NCBI GenBank assembly: GCA_965224245.1
Contig: OZ245046.1
Coordinates: 1,728,001-1,792,000, forward strand
Source of the DNA: Candidatus Eiseniibacteriota bacterium
GTDB lineage: Bacteria; Eisenbacteria; RBG-16-71-46; CAZAMP01
Length of the DNA stretch: 64,000 bases
Direction of reading: 5' to 3'
The notes beneath the pieces were generated by a model. That model ran no database searches. It was not told the origin of the DNA and worked only from the letters and a program-made list of their open reading frames with translations. Below are positions 27,929 through 37,223 of this stretch, in pieces. A program made the translations under genes and the position numbers. Positions within the stretch are counted from its first letter, which is position 1; every line of letters begins with the position of its first letter.

Positions 27929-27991
27929 GAAACCGCTCTTCATCCACCTGAGCTACGGGGCGATAACTCCTTGACCGAGCGGAGGATACAG
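27929..27991 (-). repeat. Degenerate copy of the 5' half of tRNA-Arg(CCT) plus its upstream promoter region (att-like scar)
   Basis: gaaaccgct..atccacctgagctacgggg..aactc.ttga..ggatacag matches ~25095-25156 in the same orientation; the match stops at the anticodon loop. Confidence 0.8.
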
Positions 27992-28073
27992 CCGACTGCG
28001 TGAGATGACAATCCCGAAGCCCCCGGGCCTGGAGGACCGCCAACCCACCGAATCGCGGCCTCGCACGCCGTCT

Positions 28074-28916
28074 TCAGGGCTCCATTCGAGCCGCCGATCC
28101 GCTCACGACAATTCCCCCCGTCGCGGGAACCTCCACGCGAATCCGGCTCGGCCGACCCATCGCCTCCCCCTGCCGGATGAGAATGGCGGAGGGCACGGTG
28201 ATGAGTTTCGCGTCGCGAAGGTACCCGCCCAGAGCCGCCGCGGCGGCGCCGGTGGCTGGATCCTCGACCACGCCGCCGACGGGGAAAGGATTGCGTGAGT
28301 GAAAGACGTCCGAGCGCTCGCGCCAGATGAGCTGAAGCGTCGTGAGACCGTCGCGAAGCATCAGCGACCGGAGCCGATCGAAGTCATAGTCCAGCGCGGC
28401 CAGCCGCTGCCGGGTGGTGACCGCCAGCACCAGGTGCCAAGCTCCCGCATAGGCTCTGGCGGGCGGAATCGCATGATCCAGCTCGCCCGGTGGCCATCCA
28501 ATCGCCGAGAGCGCGTCCCAGACCAGCCCATCGGGCGCGGGCTCGACGACGGGCTCCACGGAGGTCAGCGAGGCCTCGCGGATGCCGTCGCGAGTCCGGA
28601 CCGTGACGGGAACCTCTCCCACGGCTGTCGCCAGTCGATAGTCTCCGTCGCCGTCGGCCTCACCCAGGACGACCCCGGTGGCGATCGTCGCGTGACCGCA
28701 GAAGGACACCTCCACTTCCGGGCTGTAGTAGCGAATGGTCCGGTCGCGGCCGTGCGCGGGGGCCACGAAGGCGGTCTCCGAGAAGCCCACTTCTGCGGCA
28801 ATCGACTGCATCTCCTCGGACGTCGGGAGCGACGACCCGATCCAGACACCGGCCGGGTTGCCTCCCCCGGGCTCGGCGGCAAAGGCGGAAAGTCGATGAA
28901 GCGATCCAGAGGTCAC
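28074..28916 (-). CDS. PhzF-family isomerase/epimerase
   Basis: AF..GGNPAGV, GFSETAF, EVSFCGHATIA, EDPATGAAAAALG, QGEAMGRPS; GTG start after AAGGA. Confidence 0.92.
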   Translation of the reverse strand: MTSGSLHRLSAFAAEPGGGNPAGVWIGSSLPTSEEMQSIAAEVGFSETAFVAPAHGRDRTIRYYSPEVEVSFCGHATIATGVVLGEADGDGDYRLATAVGEVPVTVRTRDGIREASLTSVEPVVEPAPDGLVWDALSAIGWPPGELDHAIPPARAYAGAWHLVLAVTTRQRLAALDYDFDRLRSLMLRDGLTTLQLIWRERSDVFHSRNPFPVGGVVEDPATGAAAAALGGYLRDAKLITVPSAILIRQGEAMGRPSRIRVEVPATGGIVVSGSAARMEP

Positions 28917-29196
28917 GATGTGGTCCTTTCCGGTCGGATTCGCGTCCCGGACATTTCCGCTCGACCCGGGCTCCGAGATCGGTTCCCACATGGATCGACG
29001 CTCCCCTGGTACGCCCCGGGCGCCGGGTCGAGCACGATGTCGTCAGTACCGAATCGACTCACGTACTGCCACACCAGGGTACGTTCGGCGATCAGCTGCT
29101 CCGCGATCGCCCGAGAGGCCGCGTCGCCCATCTTGCACGATCGCGATCATGGTCCCCGTCCCGTCTGTTCCCATCTCGGTCTGCTCAGGCACGCCG

Positions 29197-29400
29197 TGAG
29201 TGCGTCAGTGCTCCTCGCAAAGGAACATCTGTACCTTCCATGGAACTCCACGACCCTCGAGGAGGACAGGATGCCGCGCAAGGAGGACTTCCCGGTGATT
29301 CAAGCACTTCGACGACGCGGGGTCTACCTGGTGGACATCGCGGTCGATCCCGGCGTGAGCAAGAACACGATTTGGCGAGGTCCACGTCGTGGGGCGCCTG
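29197..29400 (+). mobile_element. IS21-family remnant (possible left end + IstA N-terminal HTH fragment)
   Basis: GGAGG RBS, ATG 29271 MPRKEDFPVIQALRRRGVYLVDIAVDPGVSKNTIWR, typical of an IstA N-terminus; truncated. Confidence 0.65.
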
Positions 29401-29640
29401 AAAGACGCCGGGATCGATCTCTCGGTCGGGAGCAAAGGCGACAGTCACGACGACGCGCTGGCCGAGACGATCATCGGACTGTACGAGACGGAGCTGATCC
29501 GTCGGGAAGGCCCGTGGCGGAACCTCGAGGACGTCGAGCTCGCCACGCTAGAGTGGGTGTCCTGGTTCACCGGCAAGCGTCCTTGGCAACTCCTCCCCTT
29601 CCCCTGTCCAGAGGCGGCTCCACGGGAGCCGGAGGAAAAC
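29395..29640 (+). mobile_element. IS3-family transposase (OrfB) C-terminal remnant
   Basis: RLKDAGIDLSVGSKGDSHDDALAETIIGLYETELIRREGPWRNLEDVELATLEWVSWF matches the IS3/IS51-group integrase C-terminus (SVGS.GDSYDNALAE..GLYK.E). Confidence 0.85.
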
Positions 29641-29688
29641 TTGCTTCGTCTCAATGCCGGTGCCGATCACATCGTATACTCTCCGGTC

Positions 29689-32226
29689 ATGGATGCAGAC
29701 CGGTACAGTCGACTCAAGCGGATCTTCTTCGAGGCCAGTTCCAGGGAAGTTGACGAGCGCGAAGCGTTCATCGACGAGGCATGCCGCGACGATCCCGAGC
29801 TCCGGTCGCAGGTCCACGATCTGCTCCAGACCGCTGGCCCGCTGACGCCCCATCTTGCCCGCTCCGACCTGCCCTCCGTCGAAGCGATCGGCGCCGGTGA
29901 TCGGATCGGTCCATACAACCTGCTGGAGAAGATCGGCGAGGGAGGGATGGGCACGGTCTGGCGCGCCCGGCAGGAGACGCCCGTCCGCCGCGAGGTCGCC
30001 GTCAAGCTCCTGCGGGCCGGAATCGAGACCGCGGATGCGCTGGCTCGCTTCGAGGCTGAGCGGCAGGCACTGGCGCTCATGGATCACCCCTGCATCGCGA
30101 AGGTGTACGAGGCCGGCACGACGAAAGGGGGGCGTCCCTTCTTCGCGATGGAGTACATCCGCGGCGAGCCTATCACCGAGTACTGCGACCGCCGCCGTCT
30201 CACGCTCCGCGAGCGCCTCGCCCTGTTCCTCCGCACGTGCGACGGGGTACGACACGCTCACCAGAAGGCGATCATCCACCGCGACCTCAAGCCGTCCAAC
30301 ATCCTGGTGACCGTCCTCGATGACCTGGCGGTGCCCAAGATCATCGACTTCGGCGTGGCCAAGGCGATGGCCCACCGCCTCACGGACCGCACGATGGTCA
30401 CCTACCTGGGGCAGCTGATTGGAACGCCGGAGTACATGAGCCCCGAGCAGGCCGAGATGGGTGGGGCCGATGTCGACACGAGAACGGACGTCTACGCGCT
30501 CGGCGTGATTCTCTACGAGCTCCTCTCCGGATCCCTTCCGTTCGATTCGAAGACGCTCCGCGAGGGCGGGTTCGAAGGCGTCCGTCGCCTCATTCGCGAG
30601 GTGGATCCGCTTCGCCCGAGCGAACGGCTCGGTTCGATGGGCCAGCAGCAGACGGACCACGTCGCGGCCGCGCGCGCGACCGAGCCCGTCATGCTCCTGG
30701 GCGCTGTGCGCGGCGACCTGGACTGGATCGTGATGAAGGCGCTGGAGAAGGACCCCGTCCGACGGTACGAGTCACCGTCCCAGCTCGCGGCGGACATTCA
30801 GCGCCATCTCGAAGACGAGCCCGTCGTTGCGCGACCGCCCAGCACGGCCTACCGGATGAGCAAGTTCCTCCGCCGCCATCGCGTCACCGTTTCCGTGGCC
30901 GCGCTCGTCGTCGGGCTCCTCGTCGTCTTCGCGGTGACGATGGCGTTTCAGGCCGCGCGGATCGCGCGCGAACGCGATCGCGCGAACGTCCAGACCGCGG
31001 TCGCACGGGAGACCACGGACTTCCTGGTCGACCTCTTCCGGGTCGCGGATCCGGCGGAATCGCGCGGAGAAGAGGTGACGGCTCGGGAACTCCTGGACCG
31101 GGGCTCCGCGCGGCTGTACGACGAGATCCAGGATCCCGCGGTGCGCGCAGAGCTCACGGGAGAGATCGGGCTCATTTACCAGAATCTCGGGCACTACCCC
31201 GAGGCCGGCCGGCTGCTCGGCGACGCGGCCGCGCTCCACGCCGAGACGTTCGGCCCAGACGATCCCCGGACGCTGGCGGCGCTGGATGATCTGGCCGGCC
31301 TGGAGGACGACGCGGGACGGTTCGCGGTGGCCGAGTCTCTCTATCTGGCGGTGCTCGACGGTTGGCGGCGCATCGGGGGCGAGGAGGACGAGCGCTACCT
31401 CGACACACGCCACGGCCTCGCGCTGGTGCACAAGAGCCAGGACCGGATGGAGGAGGCCGAGGAGGGGTTCCAGAGCGTCCTCGAGACGCTGCGGCGTCTC
31501 GGACGCGAGGACGAGCCGGCGGCGCTCGCGGCGCTGGCGAACCTGGCCACCGTCCATCTGCGGACGGGGAAGCCCGGCGAAGCCGAGCCCCTGCTGAAAG
31601 AGGTTCTCGCGCGGCGACGCAGGCTGCTCGGAGACGATCACCCGAGCACTCTCGGGACGATGGCGCGCCTCGGCTCCCTCTACCGTGAGATAGGACGGCA
31701 TGACGAGGCGGTGGAGATCCTCCGAGAGACTGCGAACGCGCAGAGAAGGGTCCTGGGGACCAGGCATCCCGACTACTCGATCACGCTGGAGTACCTGGCG
31801 AACGTCCATGCCGCCCGCGAGAACTGGGAGGAGGCCGCCGGGGCGTACACCGCGATTCTCGAGCTTCGACGCGACGAGCTCGGACCGGAGCACCCCAACA
31901 CGCTGATCTCCATGCACAACCTGAGCTCCGCGCTCGCGATGACTGGCCGACGGGCGGAAGCGGAGTCGCTGGCCACCCTCACCTGGGAGACACGCCGGCG
32001 CGTCATCGGCGAGAGCCACGAACACACGCTGGGCACCCTGTACAGCCTGTCGGTCCTGGCGGCGATGCGCGAAGACCGGGAGGAAGCCGTCGAGTGGCTA
32101 GGCGAAGCCGTTCGTCTCGGATACGCCCGCCCGAGCATCCTGACCAACGAGGAGTTCAAGCGCTTCCGCGGCGACCCGGAGTTCGAGGCGCTGCGCGAGG
32201 AGGTGCGCAGGCGCCTCGAGGACTGA
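29689..32226 (+). CDS. Membrane Ser/Thr kinase with TPR repeats (ECF-associated type)
   Basis: Real start [62 protein letters not shown] repeats (LG..HP.TL). Confidence 0.92.
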   Translation: MDADRYSRLKRIFFEASSREVDEREAFIDEACRDDPELRSQVHDLLQTAGPLTPHLARSDLPSVEAIGAGDRIGPYNLLEKIGEGGMGTVWRARQETPVRREVAVKLLRAGIETADALARFEAERQALALMDHPCIAKVYEAGTTKGGRPFFAMEYIRGEPITEYCDRRRLTLRERLALFLRTCDGVRHAHQKAIIHRDLKPSNILVTVLDDLAVPKIIDFGVAKAMAHRLTDRTMVTYLGQLIGTPEYMSPEQAEMGGADVDTRTDVYALGVILYELLSGSLPFDSKTLREGGFEGVRRLIREVDPLRPSERLGSMGQQQTDHVAAARATEPVMLLGAVRGDLDWIVMKALEKDPVRRYESPSQLAADIQRHLEDEPVVARPPSTAYRMSKFLRRHRVTVSVAALVVGLLVVFAVTMAFQAARIARERDRANVQTAVARETTDFLVDLFRVADPAESRGEEVTARELLDRGSARLYDEIQDPAVRAELTGEIGLIYQNLGHYPEAGRLLGDAAALHAETFGPDDPRTLAALDDLAGLEDDAGRFAVAESLYLAVLDGWRRIGGEEDERYLDTRHGLALVHKSQDRMEEAEEGFQSVLETLRRLGREDEPAALAALANLATVHLRTGKPGEAEPLLKEVLARRRRLLGDDHPSTLGTMARLGSLYREIGRHDEAVEILRETANAQRRVLGTRHPDYSITLEYLANVHAARENWEEAAGAYTAILELRRDELGPEHPNTLISMHNLSSALAMTGRRAEAESLATLTWETRRRVIGESHEHTLGTLYSLSVLAAMREDREEAVEWLGEAVRLGYARPSILTNEEFKRFRGDPEFEALREEVRRRLED

Positions 32227-32263
32227 CGGAACCCGTCCGCTCTCGCCCGGAATCCCCACCGGG

Positions 32264-33928
32264 TTACGCCGCTCTCCTTCCCCGCTTCGCGTCAACCGGA
32301 CCCCGCTCCTCGAGGACCCGCGCCACCTCCCGGTGGCTCTCCCGCCTCGCGTCGTCGAGAGGAGTGCCTCCCCACCGGTCGCGAGCTCCCGGATCCACAC
32401 CGGCCGCCAGCAGATACTCGACCACGTGCACGTGCCCTTCGGATGCGGCCAGGTGAAGAGCCGTCCGGCCATCGTAGTCGCCCTCGCCGAGGGACACGCC
32501 ACGCGCCGCGAGCTGCTGGACGCCCCGCAGGTCTCCCCGGCTCGCCGCCCAGCACAGGTCGACGACGGCGCCGACCCGCCTCTCGTCGCGCCGCTGCCGG
32601 GGATCGATCTTGTCGTGCCGGCCACCCAGCAGGTTGTCGTAGTTGTGAAAGTTGAAGGTGCGGGTCAGCTCGCGGCAGAAAGCGATGCCACGCACGCTGT
32701 TCCCGTTCTCGTCCAGACGGGGCGACCAGACGCAGAGCCCCATCACGTTGGGGACCACCAGGAGGATTCCGCCCGACACGCCGCTCTTCGCTGGAAGCCC
32801 GACCGAGAACGCCCACTGCCCCGAGAAGTCGTACATGCCGCAGGAGTACATGAGCGACAGGACCTTCTGAACCGTGTCCGGCCTCAGCACCCGCTCACCC
32901 GTCACCGGACACACGCCGCCGCCGGCCAGCGTCCCGGCGACGATCGCGAGCGAGTCGGCGGTCATCTCGATCGAGCAGGACTGGAAGTAGAGCTCCAGTG
33001 TCTCGACTAGGTTCGTGCCCTCGGGGAACGCCCTGTTCTCTCGCATCGAGTACGCCAGCGCGAAGTTGCGGTCCGCTGTCTCGCGCTCCGAGAGGTAGGT
33101 GGAGGTGCTGAACCCCGGCTTCGTCCCTCCCGCCAGCCTTCTCCAGACGTCCATGATGTGCTCGAACCGGTCCGCCATCGGCTTCTTCCGTTGGACCAGT
33201 GAGGTCGACATGATGCCGCCCGCATTGATCAGCGGATTGTGAGGACGGCCGTCCTTCCCCAGCCAGAGCTCGTTGAACGCGCGTCCGCTGGGCTCGCAGC
33301 CCATGTGCCGGTGGACTTCCTCCTCCCCGTGCTCCTCCAGCGCGGCGACGTAGTTGATGGTCTTGCAGATCGACTGGATGCAGAAGTCCACGTTCGCGTC
33401 CCCGATGGAATGCCGTTGACCGTCCACCGTGCACACCGAGACCCCGTACCGATCCGGGTCCACCCGTTCGAGCTGCGGGATGTAGTTCGCCAGGCTTCCG
33501 CTGCGATTCTCCATCGTCCCGGCGTGGATCCGATCCAGCTCCGTCGAGAACGAGGCGAACTCCGGCAGAACCGTCTGCCCGGTCAGCACTCGCTCGATGA
33601 GAAGCGGATGACCGTTGGCGATCCGCTCGAACTGGTCGAACGAGATCCGCTCGCCGGGATCGAGCTCCGCCAGCAGCCGCGCGACCTCGGCCAGGCGCGG
33701 GTCGTCCATGCGGATTCCGGCCTCCCGCAGCACGCTGGGAAGCGCGTCGTGTGCGATCGTGTCCTCCCCGCCGATCCGAAGGGCGTCGAAGAGGGCCCGG
33801 GAGCGGGCGTCTTCGCCCGGGGCGCCGGAAACTCTCGTTCGCGCTCCGGCACCCGGGACGACGGGCGCGATTGCCGCGCCCGTCCGCCCGTTTCGGTCCC
33901 TTCGCGGGCTCTTGGTCTTCATCGCCAT
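32264..33928 (-). CDS. glsA: Glutaminase with N-terminal EF-hand-like domain and C-terminal ankyrin repeats (animal GLS-like)
   Basis: YIPQL, QSICK (SxxK), HNPLINAG, CGMYDFSG, GLPAKSGVSGG, NFHNYDNL; ANK DYDGRTALHLAASEGH, DRWGGTPLDDA. Start 33928 or 33922, overlapping the amt stop. Confidence 0.95.
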   Translation of the reverse strand: MAMKTKSPRRDRNGRTGAAIAPVVPGAGARTRVSGAPGEDARSRALFDALRIGGEDTIAHDALPSVLREAGIRMDDPRLAEVARLLAELDPGERISFDQFERIANGHPLLIERVLTGQTVLPEFASFSTELDRIHAGTMENRSGSLANYIPQLERVDPDRYGVSVCTVDGQRHSIGDANVDFCIQSICKTINYVAALEEHGEEEVHRHMGCEPSGRAFNELWLGKDGRPHNPLINAGGIMSTSLVQRKKPMADRFEHIMDVWRRLAGGTKPGFSTSTYLSERETADRNFALAYSMRENRAFPEGTNLVETLELYFQSCSIEMTADSLAIVAGTLAGGGVCPVTGERVLRPDTVQKVLSLMYSCGMYDFSGQWAFSVGLPAKSGVSGGILLVVPNVMGLCVWSPRLDENGNSVRGIAFCRELTRTFNFHNYDNLLGGRHDKIDPRQRRDERRVGAVVDLCWAASRGDLRGVQQLAARGVSLGEGDYDGRTALHLAASEGHVHVVEYLLAAGVDPGARDRWGGTPLDDARRESHREVARVLEERGPVDAKRGRRAA

Positions 33929-35208
33929 CACCTCCACGCCGTGTCGAGCTGCGCAGTCGAGGACTCGCCGCGGTTTGCCCGCGCGAAACGCTCGAGGCTG
34001 TACGCGAGCTCCGCATGCTCGCTCCAGTCGATCCCCTGCACCTCCGCCCTCTCCGAGGCTCGGAGCCCCACCAGGAACCTCAGGGCCAGAAGGATCGCGG
34101 CCGTGCCGACAGCGGACAGCGTCGCCGCCACGAGCACGCTCACGAGCTGGGCCACGAGCAGGCTGGCGTTTCCGGCCAGAAGGCCGTCGGCCCCGCCGGG
34201 GTTCACGGCCGTCGTCGCGAAGACGCCTGTCAGCAGCGCCCCGACGATTCCTCCGATACCGTGACACGCGAACACGTCCAGCGTGTCGTCCAGCCGGCTC
34301 GCCTGCAGCCGGGACATCACGAAGTAGCTCGCCATCGCGCCGAGTGCACCGATTGCCAGAGCGGCCATCGGAGTGACGAATCCCGCGGCCGGCGTCACCG
34401 CCACGAGCCCGACCACGGCGCCGATCGACGCACCTACCGCCGTCGGCTTTTCACGCCGCAGCGACTGCAGGGCGATCCAGGTCACGGCCGCCGCCGCCGC
34501 TGCGAGCATCGTGGTCACGGCCGCGAGCGCGGCCAGGCCGTCCGCCGCCAGGGCGGAGCCGGCGTTGAACCCGAACCAGCCGAACCACAGGAGAGAGGCT
34601 CCCAGCACGACCAGCGGGACGTTGTGCGGCCGACCCGGATCGTCGCCGGCTTGCCGACGCGGACCCAGGATGAACGCCGCCACCAGAGCGGCGACCCCCG
34701 CGCTGATGTGGACCACCGTTCCGCCGGCGAAGTCGATGGCTCCGAGAGCGCCGATCCAGCCCTCGGGTCCCCAGACCCAGTGACAGAGCGGCGCGTAGAC
34801 CACCAGGCTCCAGGCCATGATGAAGAGCGCGTACGTGCGGAACTTCATGCGGCCCACGATGGCGCCGGAAATGAGCGCCGGCGTGATGATCGCGAACATC
34901 ATCTGGAACATCATGAACACGAAGTGCGGGATGTTTCCCGCGACGTCCGGGTTCGGTGCGGACCCAACACCCTGGAGTCCGACCCACGAGAGTCCCCCGA
35001 TCCAGGCGTTGCCGGGCGCGAAGGCGAGCGAGTAGCCGATGATCGCCCACTGGACGGTCATCAGGCCCAGCGCGACGAAGCTCATCTTTATCGTGTTGAT
35101 CGCACTTCTTTCCCGGACGAGCCCACCGTAGAAGAAGGCCAGTCCAGGGGTCATCAGAAAGACCAGAACGGTCGCGATCAGTGTCCAGGCCGTGTCTCCG
35201 GAATTCAT
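33928..35208 (-). CDS. amt: Ammonium transporter (Amt family)
   Basis: DTAW, MTPGLAFFYGG, FQMMFAIIT, DFAGGTVVH, WFGWFGFNAGS, DDTLDVFACHG; both pore His residues present. Confidence 0.96.
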   Translation of the reverse strand: MNSGDTAWTLIATVLVFLMTPGLAFFYGGLVRERSAINTIKMSFVALGLMTVQWAIIGYSLAFAPGNAWIGGLSWVGLQGVGSAPNPDVAGNIPHFVFMMFQMMFAIITPALISGAIVGRMKFRTYALFIMAWSLVVYAPLCHWVWGPEGWIGALGAIDFAGGTVVHISAGVAALVAAFILGPRRQAGDDPGRPHNVPLVVLGASLLWFGWFGFNAGSALAADGLAALAAVTTMLAAAAAAVTWIALQSLRREKPTAVGASIGAVVGLVAVTPAAGFVTPMAALAIGALGAMASYFVMSRLQASRLDDTLDVFACHGIGGIVGALLTGVFATTAVNPGGADGLLAGNASLLVAQLVSVLVAATLSAVGTAAILLALRFLVGLRASERAEVQGIDWSEHAELAYSLERFARANRGESSTAQLDTAWR

Positions 35209-35282
35209 GTTCCCCTCCTCCTCATGAGACGGGTTGGACGTCGAACGCCGCGGGGATGGATTCCCCGCGGCGGCTGGCGTCG

Positions 35283-36374
35283 CTAGGCGACCTTGATCCG
35301 GACGGTCTCCTCCGGATCCGCGATGTCGCAGACGGTACGGACGAGCTCCCGGCAGACCACGTATGGATCACAGTTGGCACCCGGGCGGCGGTCCTCGAAG
35401 TAGCCCGAGCCGCGCTCCACGACTTGCCGCGGGATCCGGATCGACGCGCCGCGGTCGGCGACGCCGGAACGGAACTCCTCGATGCTGCAGGTCTCGTGCA
35501 GCCCGGTGAGTCGATCGGCCAGGCCGGCGCCGTAGTTGCTGACGTGACGGTCGTGCGCCACGATCAGCCGCTCGACAGCAGCGTGGATCGCGTCCAGTCC
35601 GGTGTTTGGTTCGCGCGTGGCGTTCGTCGAGAAGTTCGTGTGCGCACCGGCTCCGTTCCAGTCGCCCTTCACCGGCTTGGGGTCGAGGCGCGGGTAGATC
35701 CCGTGGTCCTCGCCGAGCCGATAGAGCAACCACCTGGCGACCCAGAGCTCGTCGCTGACACGTAGCGCGTTCCCGTCCTCGCCCTCGAAGCCCCGGTAGC
35801 CGATCTGGAACTCCCACTGGCCTGGCATCACTTCCGCGTTGACGCCGTAGATCATCAGACCGGCGTCGATGCACGCGCGAAGGTGGGCCTCGACCAGCGG
35901 ACGACCGTGGGCTTCCTCGCTACCGACGCCGCAGTAGTAGGGACCCTGCGGTCCGGGGTAGCCGTTCTCCGGCCATCCGACGGGACGGTCACCGACGTAG
36001 AGCGTGTACTCCTGCTCGAAGCCCACCGCCGGGGCCTCGTCGGCGCCGCCGGCATCCAGCACGTCGCGCAGAGTCGCCCGCGTGTTGGTCTCGTGTGGGT
36101 TGCCGTCCCCGTCCAGAACCTCACAGAGCACGAGGTAGTTGCCTTCCCCGCGGATCGGGTCGTTCCAGAATCCCACCGGCTGCAGAAGGCAGTCGGAGTC
36201 GTCGCCAGCCGCCTGGTTCGTCGACGAGCCGTCGAAGCTCCAGCCGGGGAAGTCCTCGAGGCGAACATCCTCGGGATTCGCAACCTGCACGATCCGCGTC
36301 TTCGAGCGGAGCTTCTGCGTGGGGCTCGTACCGTCGAGCCAGAGGTACTCGGCGGACTTGATGGGGCTCCTCAT
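35283..36374 (-). CDS. glnII: Glutamine synthetase type II
   Basis: AEYLWLDG, W.FDGSST.QA, GFEQEY, QGPYYCGVG, NAEVMPGQWEFQIG, PKPVKGDWNGAGAHTNFS, RLTGLHET, YFEDRRP..NCDPY; ~363 aa; AAGGAG RBS. Confidence 0.95.
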   Translation of the reverse strand: MRSPIKSAEYLWLDGTSPTQKLRSKTRIVQVANPEDVRLEDFPGWSFDGSSTNQAAGDDSDCLLQPVGFWNDPIRGEGNYLVLCEVLDGDGNPHETNTRATLRDVLDAGGADEAPAVGFEQEYTLYVGDRPVGWPENGYPGPQGPYYCGVGSEEAHGRPLVEAHLRACIDAGLMIYGVNAEVMPGQWEFQIGYRGFEGEDGNALRVSDELWVARWLLYRLGEDHGIYPRLDPKPVKGDWNGAGAHTNFSTNATREPNTGLDAIHAAVERLIVAHDRHVSNYGAGLADRLTGLHETCSIEEFRSGVADRGASIRIPRQVVERGSGYFEDRRPGANCDPYVVCRELVRTVCDIADPEETVRIKVA

Positions 36375-36559
36375 CGATCTCTCCTTTTTGTAGTCCGGAG
36401 GCGGGCCCGTCCCGCCATTGCCGGTTCGAGGGGGGAAACACGATCCGCGTCGAAGGAGTGCAACGCGACCCAAGCGTGTCCTGAACCCGTTGGCATAACG
36501 CCGCTTACGAGTAGCCGGTTGGGTACGCAGGGGTGCCGGACCCGTGCTACCCTGGCCAC

Positions 36560-37144
36560 ATGACGGAAGAGAGATCAGCCACAGTGACGCTCCTGCTCCA
36601 GCGGATGGAGCAGGGCGACCCGGGGGCTCTCGACGAGCTGCTCCCGGTGGTCTACGACGAGCTCCGCGTGATCGCCCGCCGCTTCTTCCGGGTCCAGCGG
36701 TCCAATCACACGCTTCAGCCCACCGCGCTGGTGCACGAGGCCTACATCAAGGTGCTCGGTGACCGGGCCGCCCGACCGAAAGGCTGGAACGACCGTGCGC
36801 ACTTCCTGAGTGTCGCCGCCATCGCGATGCGACAGATTCTCGTGAACCACGCCCGTGACAAGGCCGCGCTCCGGCGTGGCGGACCCGACGCACATCAGGT
36901 CACGCTCACAGGCATCGCCGACTTCGACGACTCGGACGCGCTGGACGTGCTCACCGTCCACGACGCACTCGAGGCCCTCCACCGGCTCGACCCGAGGCAG
37001 GCCCGGATCGCCGAGCTCCGGTTCTTCGGCTCCCTCACTCTCGACGAGACGGCCGAGGTGATCGGGATTTCTCGCCGAACCGTCGCGCTGGACTGGAAGA
37101 TGGCCAAGCGTTGGCTGGCGAGGAGACTCGACCCGGAAGGCTAA
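36560..37144 (+). CDS. ECF sigma factor, ECF43/TIGR02999-like (kinase-associated class)
   Basis: VT.LL, LLPVVYDELR, HTLQPTALVHEAY, AHF...A.AMRQILV.HAR, ELRFFG, S.RTV..DW..AK.WL. TGcTACCCT lies 6 nt before the ATG (possibly leaderless). Confidence 0.92.
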   Translation: MTEERSATVTLLLQRMEQGDPGALDELLPVVYDELRVIARRFFRVQRSNHTLQPTALVHEAYIKVLGDRAARPKGWNDRAHFLSVAAIAMRQILVNHARDKAALRRGGPDAHQVTLTGIADFDDSDALDVLTVHDALEALHRLDPRQARIAELRFFGSLTLDETAEVIGISRRTVALDWKMAKRWLARRLDPEG

Positions 37145-37223
37145 CGAGCATCGCGTCTGCACTCCGTGCGCCTGGATCGTGTTCCCCCGACCATAGACGG
37201 CAGTCGCTGCCCAGGGGGAACAC

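Noticed and set aside
28913-29131. 72-aa minus-strand ORF (LVWQYVSRFG...)
   Set aside because: Possibly a gene remnant next to the IS scar, but no family could be assigned.
29389-32226. 945-aa transposase-kinase fusion as called by the ORF track
   Set aside because: The N-terminal 100 aa are a degenerate IS3 fragment; the kinase has its own family-typical start at 29689.
36375-36560. Glutamine riboswitch or sigma54/NtrC site upstream of glnII
   Set aside because: No convincing glnA-motif structure, and no GG-N10-GC promoter with correct spacing was found by eye.
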